Below, in pieces: positions 9,116 through 18,695 of a DNA stretch of 64,000 nucleotides (within the stretch, counting starts at the first letter, position 1; every line of letters begins with the position of its first letter). The stretch comes from an uncultured bacterium (GTDB lineage: Bacteria > Acidobacteriota > HRBIN11 > JAKEFK01). The stretch is from assembly GCA_963777505.1 (NCBI GenBank), contig CAVZQN010000004.1, positions 32,001 through 96,000 on the forward strand, written 5' to 3'. The notes beneath the pieces are model-generated. The model saw only the letters and a program-made list of their open reading frames with translations, was not told the origin of the DNA and searched no databases. The position numbers were made by a program, and so were the translations under genes.

Positions 9116-9937
9116 TTATAATACTGAGGTCTTGAAAGAAAAAGAATCCATGATGCCTTGAAGCTCTTCGTTGTCAGTCATTACTTCATCCGTCCCGACA
9201 AAGAACACAGTATATCCCCGGCCGTAATAGTATCCATTTAATACGAAAGCACGATAGAGCTTTCCATCTTTATCAATCTCGGCTTCAATCATGAAACCGT
9301 CACGGCCCCCAACATTCCGAAGATAAGAGTCCACAATTTCGCATTTTACGCCCTGTTCTCTCATCCGTGTCTTTACGGAATTTTCAGCCTCAGCAAGTAA
9401 TGTGGATTCCAGGTTTGAACCGATTTTTTCGGGAACACTTTTTGTGCCTTTAACATATACCGCGATTGCCATATCAGGGTTATCACGATCTTCACCGCGA
9501 TAAAATGCATCATGCGGATCTTTAATTCCAAGTGATTCAAGGTTGTTCGCTTTACCGTGATACCATTTAGGCCCAACAGTCGGGAAAAAAATTCCGTAAA
9601 TCAACTCTCCGTTCTTATACGGTCCGGAATATTCTGACGCTCTTTGGTGGAGAAGATGCCAGACGCCGAAGACGATCAAGCCGAGAAACGCAAAAATCCC
9701 AATACCAACAAGGAATCTCTGCCACTTGTCTCTTGTACGGCGCTGCTGATACTCGATGTGATCTTTATTGATTGTATACGAGTATTCTTTATGCGATTGC
9801 GAAGTTGCTACAAATGAGATGGGCTGCGATGAAGATTGTCCGGCACTTAGATACTTAGAAACTACAATGCCACATTTGAAACATTGATCATTTGAAACTT
9901 GATCTGATCCACATTTAGGACAATTTTGTCCGGCCAA
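9116..9937 (-). CDS. Membrane protein: N-terminal zinc ribbon, one TM helix, extracytoplasmic alpha/beta (PsbP-like?) domain
   Basis: SD AGGAGG then TTG at 9937; CPKC..CFKC; TM segment FLVGIGIFAFLGLIVFGVW. Confidence 0.7.
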   Translation of the reverse strand: MAGQNCPKCGSDQVSNDQCFKCGIVVSKYLSAGQSSSQPISFVATSQSHKEYSYTINKDHIEYQQRRTRDKWQRFLVGIGIFAFLGLIVFGVWHLLHQRASEYSGPYKNGELIYGIFFPTVGPKWYHGKANNLESLGIKDPHDAFYRGEDRDNPDMAIAVYVKGTKSVPEKIGSNLESTLLAEAENSVKTRMREQGVKCEIVDSYLRNVGGRDGFMIEAEIDKDGKLYRAFVLNGYYYGRGYTVFFVGTDEVMTDNEELQGIMDSFSFKTSVL

Positions 9938-10038
9938 AATCCCCCTCCTGCCTGTGCTTATTATAAAACTTGCCCAGTAATTTCTACAAGGTATATTCAT
10001 GTGTTACACATTCTTGAACAGCTGTCCTTGGAGGCTAT

Positions 10039-10479
10039 CTGATCAGAGAATTTTCAGCGGGAATCATTCCCTTTCGAAAAAACGGTAAAGATCGCAAATA
10101 TTTGCTTTTACTGTCAGGGTTTGCCAAAAAAGAAATGTGGGAGTTTCCAAAAGGACAAATCGAAAAAGGGGAAGATGCTCAAACGGCGGCACTGCGGGAG
10201 TTTACGGAAGAAACAGGTATTTCTGAATGTAAACTTATTCCTGGTTACAAATGGAATCTGAAGTATTTTTATCGCCGCGAAGGTGAACTCATTAGCAAAT
10301 CTGTGACGTATTTTATCGGTGAAGCCGGGGCAGGAGAGGTACAATTGTCGCGTGAAAGCAAAGATTATACGTGGCTTGATGTGACAAAAGGAGCTCAAAA
10401 AATCAGACACAAAAATATACGCGAAATGCTATTGGATGCCGATAATTTTCTGAACAATCGTTCGAGCGAACTTTTTTAG
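10039..10479 (+). CDS. NUDIX hydrolase (Ap4A hydrolase-like), probable CTG start
   Basis: Nudix box PKGQIEKGEDAQTAALREFTEETG. The N-terminus xIREFSAGII follows GGAGG plus CTG. Confidence 0.85.
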   Translation: MIREFSAGIIPFRKNGKDRKYLLLLSGFAKKEMWEFPKGQIEKGEDAQTAALREFTEETGISECKLIPGYKWNLKYFYRREGELISKSVTYFIGEAGAGEVQLSRESKDYTWLDVTKGAQKIRHKNIREMLLDADNFLNNRSSELF

Positions 10480-10514
10480 CAAAATCAAAAAGCAAAATAA
10501 AAAATCAAAGATTA

Positions 10515-11543
10515 ATGCAAGCGATTACTTCGCAACTGTTGAAGTGGTACCGTGAGAACAGAGTTTCATATCCATGGAGGAGAACAAAAGATCCTTACAA
10601 AATTTGGCTCTCTGAAATTCTGTTGCAGCAGACACGCATTTCAGTTGCTCTTCCCTTTTTCAAAAAATTGGTAAAGAAGTATCCATCGATTGAAGATGTA
10701 GCCGGGGATACGCAGGACTCTTTTGTTGCTGAATGGTCCGGAATTGGCTACTACGGCCGTGCCAGAAATATGCATTCATGCGCGCGTGAACTCGTTTCCA
10801 ATCATGATCGAAAATTCCCATCAAATTTTGATCAGCTTTTAGACCTTCCTGGAATTGGACGTTATACGGCCGGAGCGCTCAGAAATCTTTGTTTTGGTGA
10901 ATTGACTCCTGCAATTGACGGTAACATCGCCCGCGTTATATCGCGTCTCATAAAGAATCTTCATGCACCACATAGCAGGAAATTTCGTGATGCAATCGAA
11001 AAAGCATTCATGGAAATAGGCAAAGATGCTCCTCCGCAAGAATATTTTCAGTCATTGATGGAACTCGGGGAGCAAATCTGTCTGCCGCGGCCGATGTGCT
11101 GGCTTTGTCCGGTTCGAAAATTTTGCCGCGCACATGCTTCAGGCATGGAGGAAAGACTTCCGCGCGCACGCGTAAGAAAAGCCGCTGTGCCTTATTTTTG
11201 GTATTTTTTGATCCTTCAGAAATCCAATTCACTTTATCTGATGCAGAATCCAGGCAGGCCATTTTTGCGTGACGCATGGATGTTTCCAGATCTCTTATCA
11301 GAAATAGAACTGAATGATGATCAGTTAAAGTCGGAATATAAAAAGCTTTGGAATATTGAATTTCGCAACCTTGAGTATTTAGGTTCAAAATCCCATTCGG
11401 TTACATATCGCAGAATCAAAGCGGTTGCTTTGCGTGCAAACGATTATAGTCTTCCTCAGACTACAGGAAGATGGATCGCTCCAAAAAACTTGCATCAATT
11501 GCACACGTCTTCAGTGATAAGAAAAATTATGGAATTTATGTAG
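10515..11543 (+). CDS. mutY: A/G-specific adenine glycosylase
   Basis: WLSEILLQQT, WSGIGYYGRARN, LPGIGRYTA, DGNIARV, Fe-S motif CLPRPMCWLCPVRKFC. Confidence 0.95.
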   Translation: MQAITSQLLKWYRENRVSYPWRRTKDPYKIWLSEILLQQTRISVALPFFKKLVKKYPSIEDVAGDTQDSFVAEWSGIGYYGRARNMHSCARELVSNHDRKFPSNFDQLLDLPGIGRYTAGALRNLCFGELTPAIDGNIARVISRLIKNLHAPHSRKFRDAIEKAFMEIGKDAPPQEYFQSLMELGEQICLPRPMCWLCPVRKFCRAHASGMEERLPRARVRKAAVPYFWYFLILQKSNSLYLMQNPGRPFLRDAWMFPDLLSEIELNDDQLKSEYKKLWNIEFRNLEYLGSKSHSVTYRRIKAVALRANDYSLPQTTGRWIAPKNLHQLHTSSVIRKIMEFM

Positions 11544-11595
11544 GAGTTCAAGCAAGAATTTACTAAAAAACTCCGTGTGCTCCGTGACTCCGTGG

Positions 11596-12346
11596 TTACT
11601 GCCGAATGGCGCGCAGTTGATACATGCCCGCAAGAGCACACAGAAAGTACGCAGAGAAAAAGAGGATATCAATAGTTGGGATCTGGGTTGTAAGCAAAAA
11701 TCGTGTCTGCAATTGCAATCAAAATGAACCCAAGGGCAAGGGCAACATAGGTTTTTGCCAGACTCCCTCCACGCAAGGCCCATGAAATTCGGATCAGAAC
11801 CGTTGTAAGCGCGAAAAGCAAGAAGTCGCAAGTTGGATAACCTACGTTTAAGAATTTAGTTTCAGGCGGATCTTGATTTATTGCGAGTGGCCACAACCAT
11901 TTAAAAAAGAGAATTGCGTAAAAGATAATCAGAATTGCGATTTGTATTAGATAGCTTTTGCGTCCGCCCATTGGCAAGCCCGTACTTCGAAAATCTGAAA
12001 TCAGCTGAATGAGTCCCGCAAAAAGTGGTAAGTAAGCTGCCACAAAAAATATATCCGCAATGCTTGGATACAGGCTCACCCCTTGAACCATTTTGTATTG
12101 AGCAAAGATTGATTGTGCGAAAAACCAAACCCACATTCCACCCGCAAGAAATGTCCAGGCCCGTTTGGCTCGTTCTCCAGGAGTGTATGCGTTCGTTGTA
12201 AATGTGAGGCTTAGCCCGGCAATTAGAAGGGAAAAAATTTTGCCGATATTTCCAAAAACGACGATACTCTGCGGCTCAGCGCCATTACGGTAAATAACGG
12301 GACATGCAATGATGAGAAAGAACCATACGATGTGTACCCACGTCAT
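11596..12346 (-). CDS. Multi-pass membrane protein resembling a stand-alone sensor module; +1 frameshift near 11679
   Basis: About 7 hydrophobic segments with YPSIADIFF and YPTCD motifs. Removing one base extends the ORF with TIDILFFSAYFLCALAGMYQLRAIRQ to a stop at 11596. Confidence 0.65.
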
Positions 12347-12573
12347 ATTTCAGAGATATCCTTTACAGCTTTGACAGCTCTTTCAACTCCACAAAGCGTC
12401 TTTAACATTCCTTCCATGCTTTGAGCCAGAGCCGGCAAATCCTGACGTATAAGATTGTCAGGTCGTTTTCCAATTTTTTCAGAAAAGGTCTTTACAGCAA
12501 TTCGAGCAGTGTTTTGGCCCAGCAGTGGAGCAAGATAACTCTGGACTTTCTCGGCGAGGTCCATATTGAACAC
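12343..12573 (-). CDS. Small helical hypothetical protein
   Basis: 76-aa ORF overlapping the start of the downstream membrane gene by 4 nt. Confidence 0.7.
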   Translation of the reverse strand: MFNMDLAEKVQSYLAPLLGQNTARIAVKTFSEKIGKRPDNLIRQDLPALAQSMEGMLKTLCGVERAVKAVKDISEI

Positions 12574-12625
12574 CTATTATACGGTAAACATTAAAAGGGA
12601 GGAACAAGTAAAGCTTGCGTTACGA

Positions 12626-12817
12626 AACAGTAGCCCCCAGCGCAAGCTGGGGGGTATGAATGATTGATAGACAATCTAGCCCGCCGCTTGAGGCGGGCGC
12701 AAGACCATTTAGTATTAAACGCCAATTGAATAACTGTCTTACGCACGCCGCAAAGGCGGCGTGCTGTATATCACTATGATTATTCTTAACCCCCAGCTTA
12801 CGCTGGGGGCTACTGTT
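12626..12817. repeat. Composite palindromic REP/MITE-like element, copy 1
   Basis: Terminal inverted repeats AACAGTAGCCCCCAGCG(C/T)AAGCTGGGGG enclosing an inner inverted pair of GCCCGCC..GGCGGGC-type hairpins. Confidence 0.85.
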
Positions 12818-12874
12818 CATATCTATTTTCAAAGCAGGCCAAAAACTTTTTCGAAGTCTCTTTATTATTCAGTA

Positions 12875-13504
12875 TCACAAGTTTTCCGACATCAGATCAT
12901 AAATGGTAAATCCCAACCGGCCGAGTGTTCGTTGAAATGCATCGATCGGGAAGCCTAGCACATTGAAATAACAGCCATTGATCTTGCGAACATACAATCT
13001 ACCGAATCCTTGTATGGCATACGCACCAGCTTTGTCCAGTGGTTCACCTGTTGATAGGTACCAATCAATTTCTTCTGGCGCTAATTTACGAAAGTAAACT
13101 TCAGTGGATTCACTTCCCGAAACAATTCGACCTTTATGTGAAATCGCGACTCCTGTAACTACGTAATGTTTCTTTCCACTTAATTTTTTCAGCATCTCCC
13201 GCGCTTCTTTTGGATCGCGGGGTTTACCCATAATGTGTTTTCCGAGCACTACTAAAGAATCCATTCCAATCAACAATGCATCCTTCCGTTTACAAGCTCT
13301 TATTTTTCTGATCGCCAAATCCACAACAGATTCAGTAGCATCGGATGGATTGATCAAAACCTCGTCAATTCGAGAATGAAACTCTTCAAACTTTATGCTA
13401 AGTTCCTTCAGCATTGATTTACGGCGTGGACTCTCGCTGGCAAGGATGACCTTAGGGCGATTTTCCTTGTTATTCTTGACCAAATTAGTCCATTTTTTCT
13501 CCAT
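12875..13504 (-). CDS. maf: Maf family nucleoside triphosphate pyrophosphatase
   Basis: ILASESPRR, MGKP, EPLDKAGAYAIQG, GCYFNVLGFP. Confidence 0.93.
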   Translation of the reverse strand: MEKKWTNLVKNNKENRPKVILASESPRRKSMLKELSIKFEEFHSRIDEVLINPSDATESVVDLAIRKIRACKRKDALLIGMDSLVVLGKHIMGKPRDPKEAREMLKKLSGKKHYVVTGVAISHKGRIVSGSESTEVYFRKLAPEEIDWYLSTGEPLDKAGAYAIQGFGRLYVRKINGCYFNVLGFPIDAFQRTLGRLGFTIYDLMSENL

Positions 13505-13700
13505 TTTTAGGCGTTGCCTCCAGCGTTCCTAAGTATTCTTTTTCATTCTTTGAAAAGCTCTTGACTTCTATTTTTAAGCAGAATATGCTCTGTCACTATA
13601 AATACAGGACTCCATGTTTTCCAGGTTTTTTTTGTTTTTAGTTTAATGACTGCCAGGGCTATTGCTCTGGTTTTTTTTTTGTAAGGAAGGTGAGAGGATG

Positions 13701-13922
13701 ATGCGTTTAAGCGGTAAGGTCAAATGGTTTGATAACAAGCTCGGATATGGCTTCATCAAACAAGATACAGGTGAAGAGATTTTTGTCCATTATTCGAAGA
13801 TTCGTGGCGAGGGCTACAAATCCTTAAAGGAAGGACAGAAGGTCGAGTTTGAAGTCATTCAAAGTGCAGAGGGAAGGACTCAGGCAGGTGACGTCGAAAT
13901 TATTCCGGCGGCAGCTCTCTGA
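13701..13922 (+). CDS. Cold-shock domain protein
   Basis: [15 protein letters not shown] and IFVHYS (RNP1/RNP2 motifs). Confidence 0.95.
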   Translation: MRLSGKVKWFDNKLGYGFIKQDTGEEIFVHYSKIRGEGYKSLKEGQKVEFEVIQSAEGRTQAGDVEIIPAAAL

Positions 13923-13994
13923 AAAGTTTGTTTCTATTGACAAGCTAAAACTTGCAATTTATTCCGCCAGGTTCTTCAGGGGGCCTGGCGGATT

Positions 13995-14531
13995 TTATTT
14001 CATTGGCTTCGCTTTCAGTTTCGTTTTCCCTTCTTCTACCGCTATATAAAATTCCACATCTTTGCAGTGATACTTCTTTATCAAAGAATCTCTTTGCGTA
14101 TCAATCATCTGCTTGAATTTTTCGCTATTTATGTTCGGAGGAGGTTCTCCATTTTTTTCACGAAACTGAGCATATTGATCAAAGAGTGAGCTTGCTTTAT
14201 CCTGCGTTTTTCTGTGTTTTTTCGTGATTGGGGCTTCTCTGGATGGAGGGATAGGACTGTTTCCGGCTGCGAATTTACCCTCTTCCTTTGCTTTTAGTTG
14301 CTTGGTCCACAGATCCTGATATGTATTGAATCTGGCAGCGAGATTGCTAAATCGGAACCTTTGAGCAAAGCTAAAGTTTGTATTCAGGCTGTATTTGCGG
14401 ATGATTTTTTCTAATTTTGCGCGGGAATCATTGGGCGGCTGTCTTGTAACTCCCGCAAAATACATTTCAAAATCCCTCTTAAGTTGCGAGATTGCTTTTT
14501 CTACATCTTCTAATTCACGATCAAGCGTCAA
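13995..14531 (-). CDS. Conserved hypothetical protein, MXAN_5187 C-terminal-domain-like
   Basis: LKRDFEMYFAGVTRQPP, RFRFSNLAARFNTYQDLW, VEFYIAVEEGKTKLKAKP. The family match is from memory. Confidence 0.65.
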   Translation of the reverse strand: MTLDRELEDVEKAISQLKRDFEMYFAGVTRQPPNDSRAKLEKIIRKYSLNTNFSFAQRFRFSNLAARFNTYQDLWTKQLKAKEEGKFAAGNSPIPPSREAPITKKHRKTQDKASSLFDQYAQFREKNGEPPPNINSEKFKQMIDTQRDSLIKKYHCKDVEFYIAVEEGKTKLKAKPMK

Positions 14532-14577
14532 GCGTCTTTCCTTCCACCCAATGTCGCTTTGGAACCATCAGAAAAAA

Positions 14578-14946
14578 TCATAAATAAAACCATAATAAAG
14601 GCAGCCATAATGTGGCAGCGTGAGGCAGTCTCATCCCGTCTATATAAATTTCAAGATGCGGAGATTTTTCAAGCATTTGATACAGTTGATGAATCTCCCA
14701 CGCTTGTTCAGGCTTAAATTCGACATAATGCTTTACCAATCTGCCAACTTTTTCCTTCTTATATGTATTGAATGCGGAAACGAATCCGACTGCTTGTCTC
14801 CAATCCTCTTCTCTATCCTTTGGAACACCAAATTGTATCGCGACGATCGGATCCTCTGTTTTAAGATAAGGATATAGAATGTCCTGGATCGTGTTTTCGA
14901 GTTCTGCATCCTCGGGAAAATCTCTTGGAGTCTTTTTTAATGACAC
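14578..14946 (-). CDS. Hypothetical protein
   Basis: 122-aa ORF with GTG start, ending LPHAATLWLPLLWFYL. Confidence 0.65.
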   Translation of the reverse strand: MSLKKTPRDFPEDAELENTIQDILYPYLKTEDPIVAIQFGVPKDREEDWRQAVGFVSAFNTYKKEKVGRLVKHYVEFKPEQAWEIHQLYQMLEKSPHLEIYIDGMRLPHAATLWLPLLWFYL

Positions 14947-15018
14947 TCAGCCTCGTTGTTCTGACTATTAAGCCAATATACCATAAAATATTCTGGAGCC
15001 ATTTGCTGACGTATAACA

Positions 15019-16413
15019 ATGCCAAAACTTAGAGATATTCCGCCGGTTTCACAAGTAATTGATCAAGTAATTTCAAAACCCTGGTCAAAAAGCTATTCAC
15101 GAAATCTTATCCTGGGGGCAGTCCGCGCTGAGCTGGCGCTTATCAGGAAGCAACGGCAAAATGAATCGGAGTTCGGACAAGAAGGAAGCCTTTTAGAAGC
15201 CATTCGAACGAGGCTGGAAAATATTTCCTCCTATTCATTGCAACGAGTTATTAATGCGAGTGGAATTATTGTTCATACAAATCTTGGACGTGCTCCACTT
15301 TCAAAGGAAGCAATCGATCATTTGACTGAAGTTGCTTCTAGTTACAGCAATCTGGAATTTGATTTGAATGAAGGCCGGCGAGGCTCAAGAGAAAAGCATC
15401 TTGAAAAAATTCTGGGATCTATTGTGCCTGCAGAAGCCTCACTTGTTGTAAATAATAATGCTGCAGCCCTGTTGCTTATCTTAAATACATTCGCGGATCA
15501 AAAAGAAGTCATCGTATCGCGCGGAGAGTTAATCGAAATTGGTGGCTCATTCCGGCTTCCGGAGATTATGAAAAAGAGTGGTGCGATCCTGCGTGAAGTT
15601 GGGACAACAAATAAAACTCGTCTGGAAGATTATCGCAACGCAATCAATGAAAAAACTGGAATGATTTTGTCGGTGCACCCGAGCAATTTTCAAATTATCG
15701 GTTTTACGGAAAAGCCTCAATTTTCGGAACTTGCAGCTCTTGCGAAAGAATTTAATATTCCGTTTATTGAAGACCACGGCAGCGGCATTTTGGTTGATTT
15801 AGATCGCGCAGGAATTCAGCAGGAGCCTTCTGTAACACAGAAATTGGATGAAGGTGCGAGTCTGGTCTGTTTTAGCGGCGATAAAATTTTAGGCGGGCCG
15901 CAATGTGGAATCGTAGTAGGAACAAAAACACTTGTTGAAAGAATGCGCGAAAACCCGCTATTCCGCGCACTGCGTGTTGATAAGATGGTTTATGCTGCAC
16001 TGGAAGCAACGGCAGTTTTATACTTAAACGATCAAGTAGATCGCATTCCTGTAATCCGTATGTTATTTACGGAGGCGTCAGAATTAAAACGCCGCGCAGA
16101 AGGTTGGTGCGAAACACTGAAGCAGAAATTTTCGGAATCGAACTTTCAAGTTGAATCTACAATTTGCTATGTTGGAGGCGGTGTTGCGCCGATGAAAGGG
16201 ATTCCTTCTTTTGCTGTTTCGGTAATTATTCCTGGTTTAAAGCCGGCAGAACTAGGCAAAAAACTTCGACTGGCAAAGACTCCTATAATAGCGAGAATCG
16301 ATGCAGATCGTTTGTTTCTTGAATTACGAACTTTAACTGAACAAGAACAAGAAGAAATAACAAACACAATAGAAGAAATTAGTAGGGGCGGGTCTAAGAC
16401 CCGCCCGCAATAA
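15019..16413 (+). CDS. selA: L-seryl-tRNA(Sec) selenium transferase
   Basis: VINASGIIVHTNLGRAPL, SRGELIEIGGSFRLP, EVGTTN, FSGDKILGGPQ. Confidence 0.96.
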   Translation: MPKLRDIPPVSQVIDQVISKPWSKSYSRNLILGAVRAELALIRKQRQNESEFGQEGSLLEAIRTRLENISSYSLQRVINASGIIVHTNLGRAPLSKEAIDHLTEVASSYSNLEFDLNEGRRGSREKHLEKILGSIVPAEASLVVNNNAAALLLILNTFADQKEVIVSRGELIEIGGSFRLPEIMKKSGAILREVGTTNKTRLEDYRNAINEKTGMILSVHPSNFQIIGFTEKPQFSELAALAKEFNIPFIEDHGSGILVDLDRAGIQQEPSVTQKLDEGASLVCFSGDKILGGPQCGIVVGTKTLVERMRENPLFRALRVDKMVYAALEATAVLYLNDQVDRIPVIRMLFTEASELKRRAEGWCETLKQKFSESNFQVESTICYVGGGVAPMKGIPSFAVSVIIPGLKPAELGKKLRLAKTPIIARIDADRLFLELRTLTEQEQEEITNTIEEISRGGSKTRPQ

Positions 16414-16453
16414 TATTGAACATAAAACGGGCGGGTCTTAGACCCGCCCCTAC
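16382..16453. repeat. GTAG-family REP doublet (REPIN)
   Basis: GTAGGGGCGGGTCTAAGACCCGCCC, a 22-nt spacer, then its exact reverse complement. A degenerate single copy lies at 22487-22510. Confidence 0.88.
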
Positions 16454-16466
16454 CAAGTAGGGGAAC

Positions 16467-18653
16467 ATGATTACATCGGAAGTTATTCAAGCGCATGGTT
16501 TAACCAAAGAAGAATACGATCGCATTTGTGCGACGCTAAATCGTGAGCCAAACCTAACAGAACTCGGAATGTTTTCTGTAATGTGGAGCGAGCATTGCAG
16601 TTACAAGAGCTCACGGGCTCATTTAAAACGTCTTCCAACGAAAGGGAAGATTGTGCTTCAAGGACCGGGTGAAAATGCTGGCGTGATTGATCTGGGTGAA
16701 GGTCTTGCGGCGATTTTCAAAATTGAATCTCACAATCATCCATCCTTTATTGAACCATTCCAGGGTGCGGCTACAGGTGTAGGTGGCATCATTCGCGACA
16801 TTTTTACGATGGGTGCACGGCCGATTGCGCTTATGAATTCACTGCGGTTTGGTCCGCTACATATTAAGAAAAATCAATCTCTTCTTCGCGGTGTTGTTTC
16901 AGGGATCGGATTTTATGGAAATTGTATCGGCATTCCGACAGTTGGCGGCGAAGTTGTTTTTGAAGATTGCTACAACCTGAATCCGCTTGTAAATGTATTT
17001 TGTCTTGGTGTGGCTCAACAGGACAAAATTTATTTTGGACGCGGAAGTGAATCAGGCAATTCGGTGTTTTATGTTGGTGCAAAAACAGGGAGGGATGGAA
17101 TTCATGGCGCAACCATGGCAAGCGCTGAGTTTGCTGAAGATTCGGAAGCGAAACGTCCCAATGTTCAAGTTGGCGATCCATTCATGGAAAAGCTTTTATT
17201 GGAAGCTTGTCTTGAGTTAATGCAGCAAAACATACTCGAAGGTGTTCAGGATATGGGCGCTGCTGGCTTAACTTGTGCAACGACCGAGATGGCCAGCCGC
17301 GGCGGGAGTGGAATGCAAATTGTTCTTGATCATGTTCCTCAAAGAGAACGGGGAATGACTGCATATGAAATTCTATTATCCGAATCGCAAGAACGTATGC
17401 TCCTGGTTGTGAAAAAAGGCCATGAAGCTGAAGCCGAAAAAGTTTTTGATCGATGGGATCTTCATGCAGAAAATATTGGAGAAATATCTAAAGATGGATG
17501 GGTTCGAATTCAATATGAGAACAAAAATGTTGCCAATGTACCGGCACGCGCTCTAGCAGATGAAGCGCCTATCTACAGCCGCCCAATCAGGCAGCCGAAA
17601 TCGAAATATCCAGAATTTCGTGGTGACATCCCTTCGGATTTTAATGCAGTAGCACGCCGAATTTTAGCTTTACCAACGGTGGCTTCGAAGAATTGGGTTT
17701 ATCGCCAGTATGATCATATGGTTCGTACTAATACATTAACAATGCCAGGAACTGCGACGCCAGCGGTTCGCATCAAGGATTCGTCTGTGAACCTTGCGAT
17801 GAGCGTTGATGGAAATGCGAGATTTTCTGAGCTTGATCCATTTCAAGGTGCACAAATTGCAGTTGCTGAATCCGCACGAAATGTTGTCTGTTTTGGGGCA
17901 AAACCTGTAGCCGTTACCAACTGCTTGAACTTTGGTAATCCTGAAAAGCCTGAAATTATGTGGCAATTCTCCCAAGCTGTAGATGGTATTGCTTTAGCAT
18001 GTAATGCTTTTGAAACTCCTGTAACGGGTGGCAATGTAAGTCTATATAACGAGACTGAAGGGGTTTCGATTTACCCGACTCCTGTCATTGGGATGGTTGG
18101 AATCAACAAAACGCCGCACGTCATTACGCCGAATTTTAAAGCTGAAAATGATGTTGTGATTTTGATCGGCGCACCGACCGATGAACTTGGAGGAAGCCGC
18201 TACTCAACATTGGATTCTCCTCTATCCGGTCCCTGTCCCCAAATTGATTTACACCTTGAAAAGCAAGCACATTCCGCATTGCTTCAGGCGGCAGAAGAGC
18301 GCCTGATTCAAAGTCTCCATGACTGCTCTGACGGTGGTCTAATCGCAACACTTGCAGAATCTTGTTTCGGTGCTTATCCTCAGATGTACGGGTGTTCATT
18401 GCATTGGGAAGGTAATGTCAGACCCGATGCATTCCTCTTCGGTGAATCACAAACACGTTACATACTTTCGGTTCGTGCAGATGCTGAATCTCGATTACGT
18501 CAGATCCTTGAACACCATAAGGTTCCTTTTTCAAAATTGGGAAAAGTCGGTGGACGAGAACTGTCTCTGGAAGTAGACGGCAAAAGGCTTATCCAGCTGC
18601 CGGTCGAAGAGTTGTATCATATCTGGTATAATTCTATTTCTAGACTACTGTAG
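16467..18653 (+). CDS. purL: Phosphoribosylformylglycinamidine synthase subunit PurL
   Basis: [36 protein letters not shown]. Confidence 0.97.
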   Translation: MITSEVIQAHGLTKEEYDRICATLNREPNLTELGMFSVMWSEHCSYKSSRAHLKRLPTKGKIVLQGPGENAGVIDLGEGLAAIFKIESHNHPSFIEPFQGAATGVGGIIRDIFTMGARPIALMNSLRFGPLHIKKNQSLLRGVVSGIGFYGNCIGIPTVGGEVVFEDCYNLNPLVNVFCLGVAQQDKIYFGRGSESGNSVFYVGAKTGRDGIHGATMASAEFAEDSEAKRPNVQVGDPFMEKLLLEACLELMQQNILEGVQDMGAAGLTCATTEMASRGGSGMQIVLDHVPQRERGMTAYEILLSESQERMLLVVKKGHEAEAEKVFDRWDLHAENIGEISKDGWVRIQYENKNVANVPARALADEAPIYSRPIRQPKSKYPEFRGDIPSDFNAVARRILALPTVASKNWVYRQYDHMVRTNTLTMPGTATPAVRIKDSSVNLAMSVDGNARFSELDPFQGAQIAVAESARNVVCFGAKPVAVTNCLNFGNPEKPEIMWQFSQAVDGIALACNAFETPVTGGNVSLYNETEGVSIYPTPVIGMVGINKTPHVITPNFKAENDVVILIGAPTDELGGSRYSTLDSPLSGPCPQIDLHLEKQAHSALLQAAEERLIQSLHDCSDGGLIATLAESCFGAYPQMYGCSLHWEGNVRPDAFLFGESQTRYILSVRADAESRLRQILEHHKVPFSKLGKVGGRELSLEVDGKRLIQLPVEELYHIWYNSISRLL

Positions 18654-18695
18654 ACTGCGGTAATTCCCGGAATACAGTTCACCGCATCGGGGACA

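Noticed and set aside
15019-16413. selA without selB/selC/selD as an orphan system
   Set aside because: sel genes are often dispersed, so this cannot be judged from one window.
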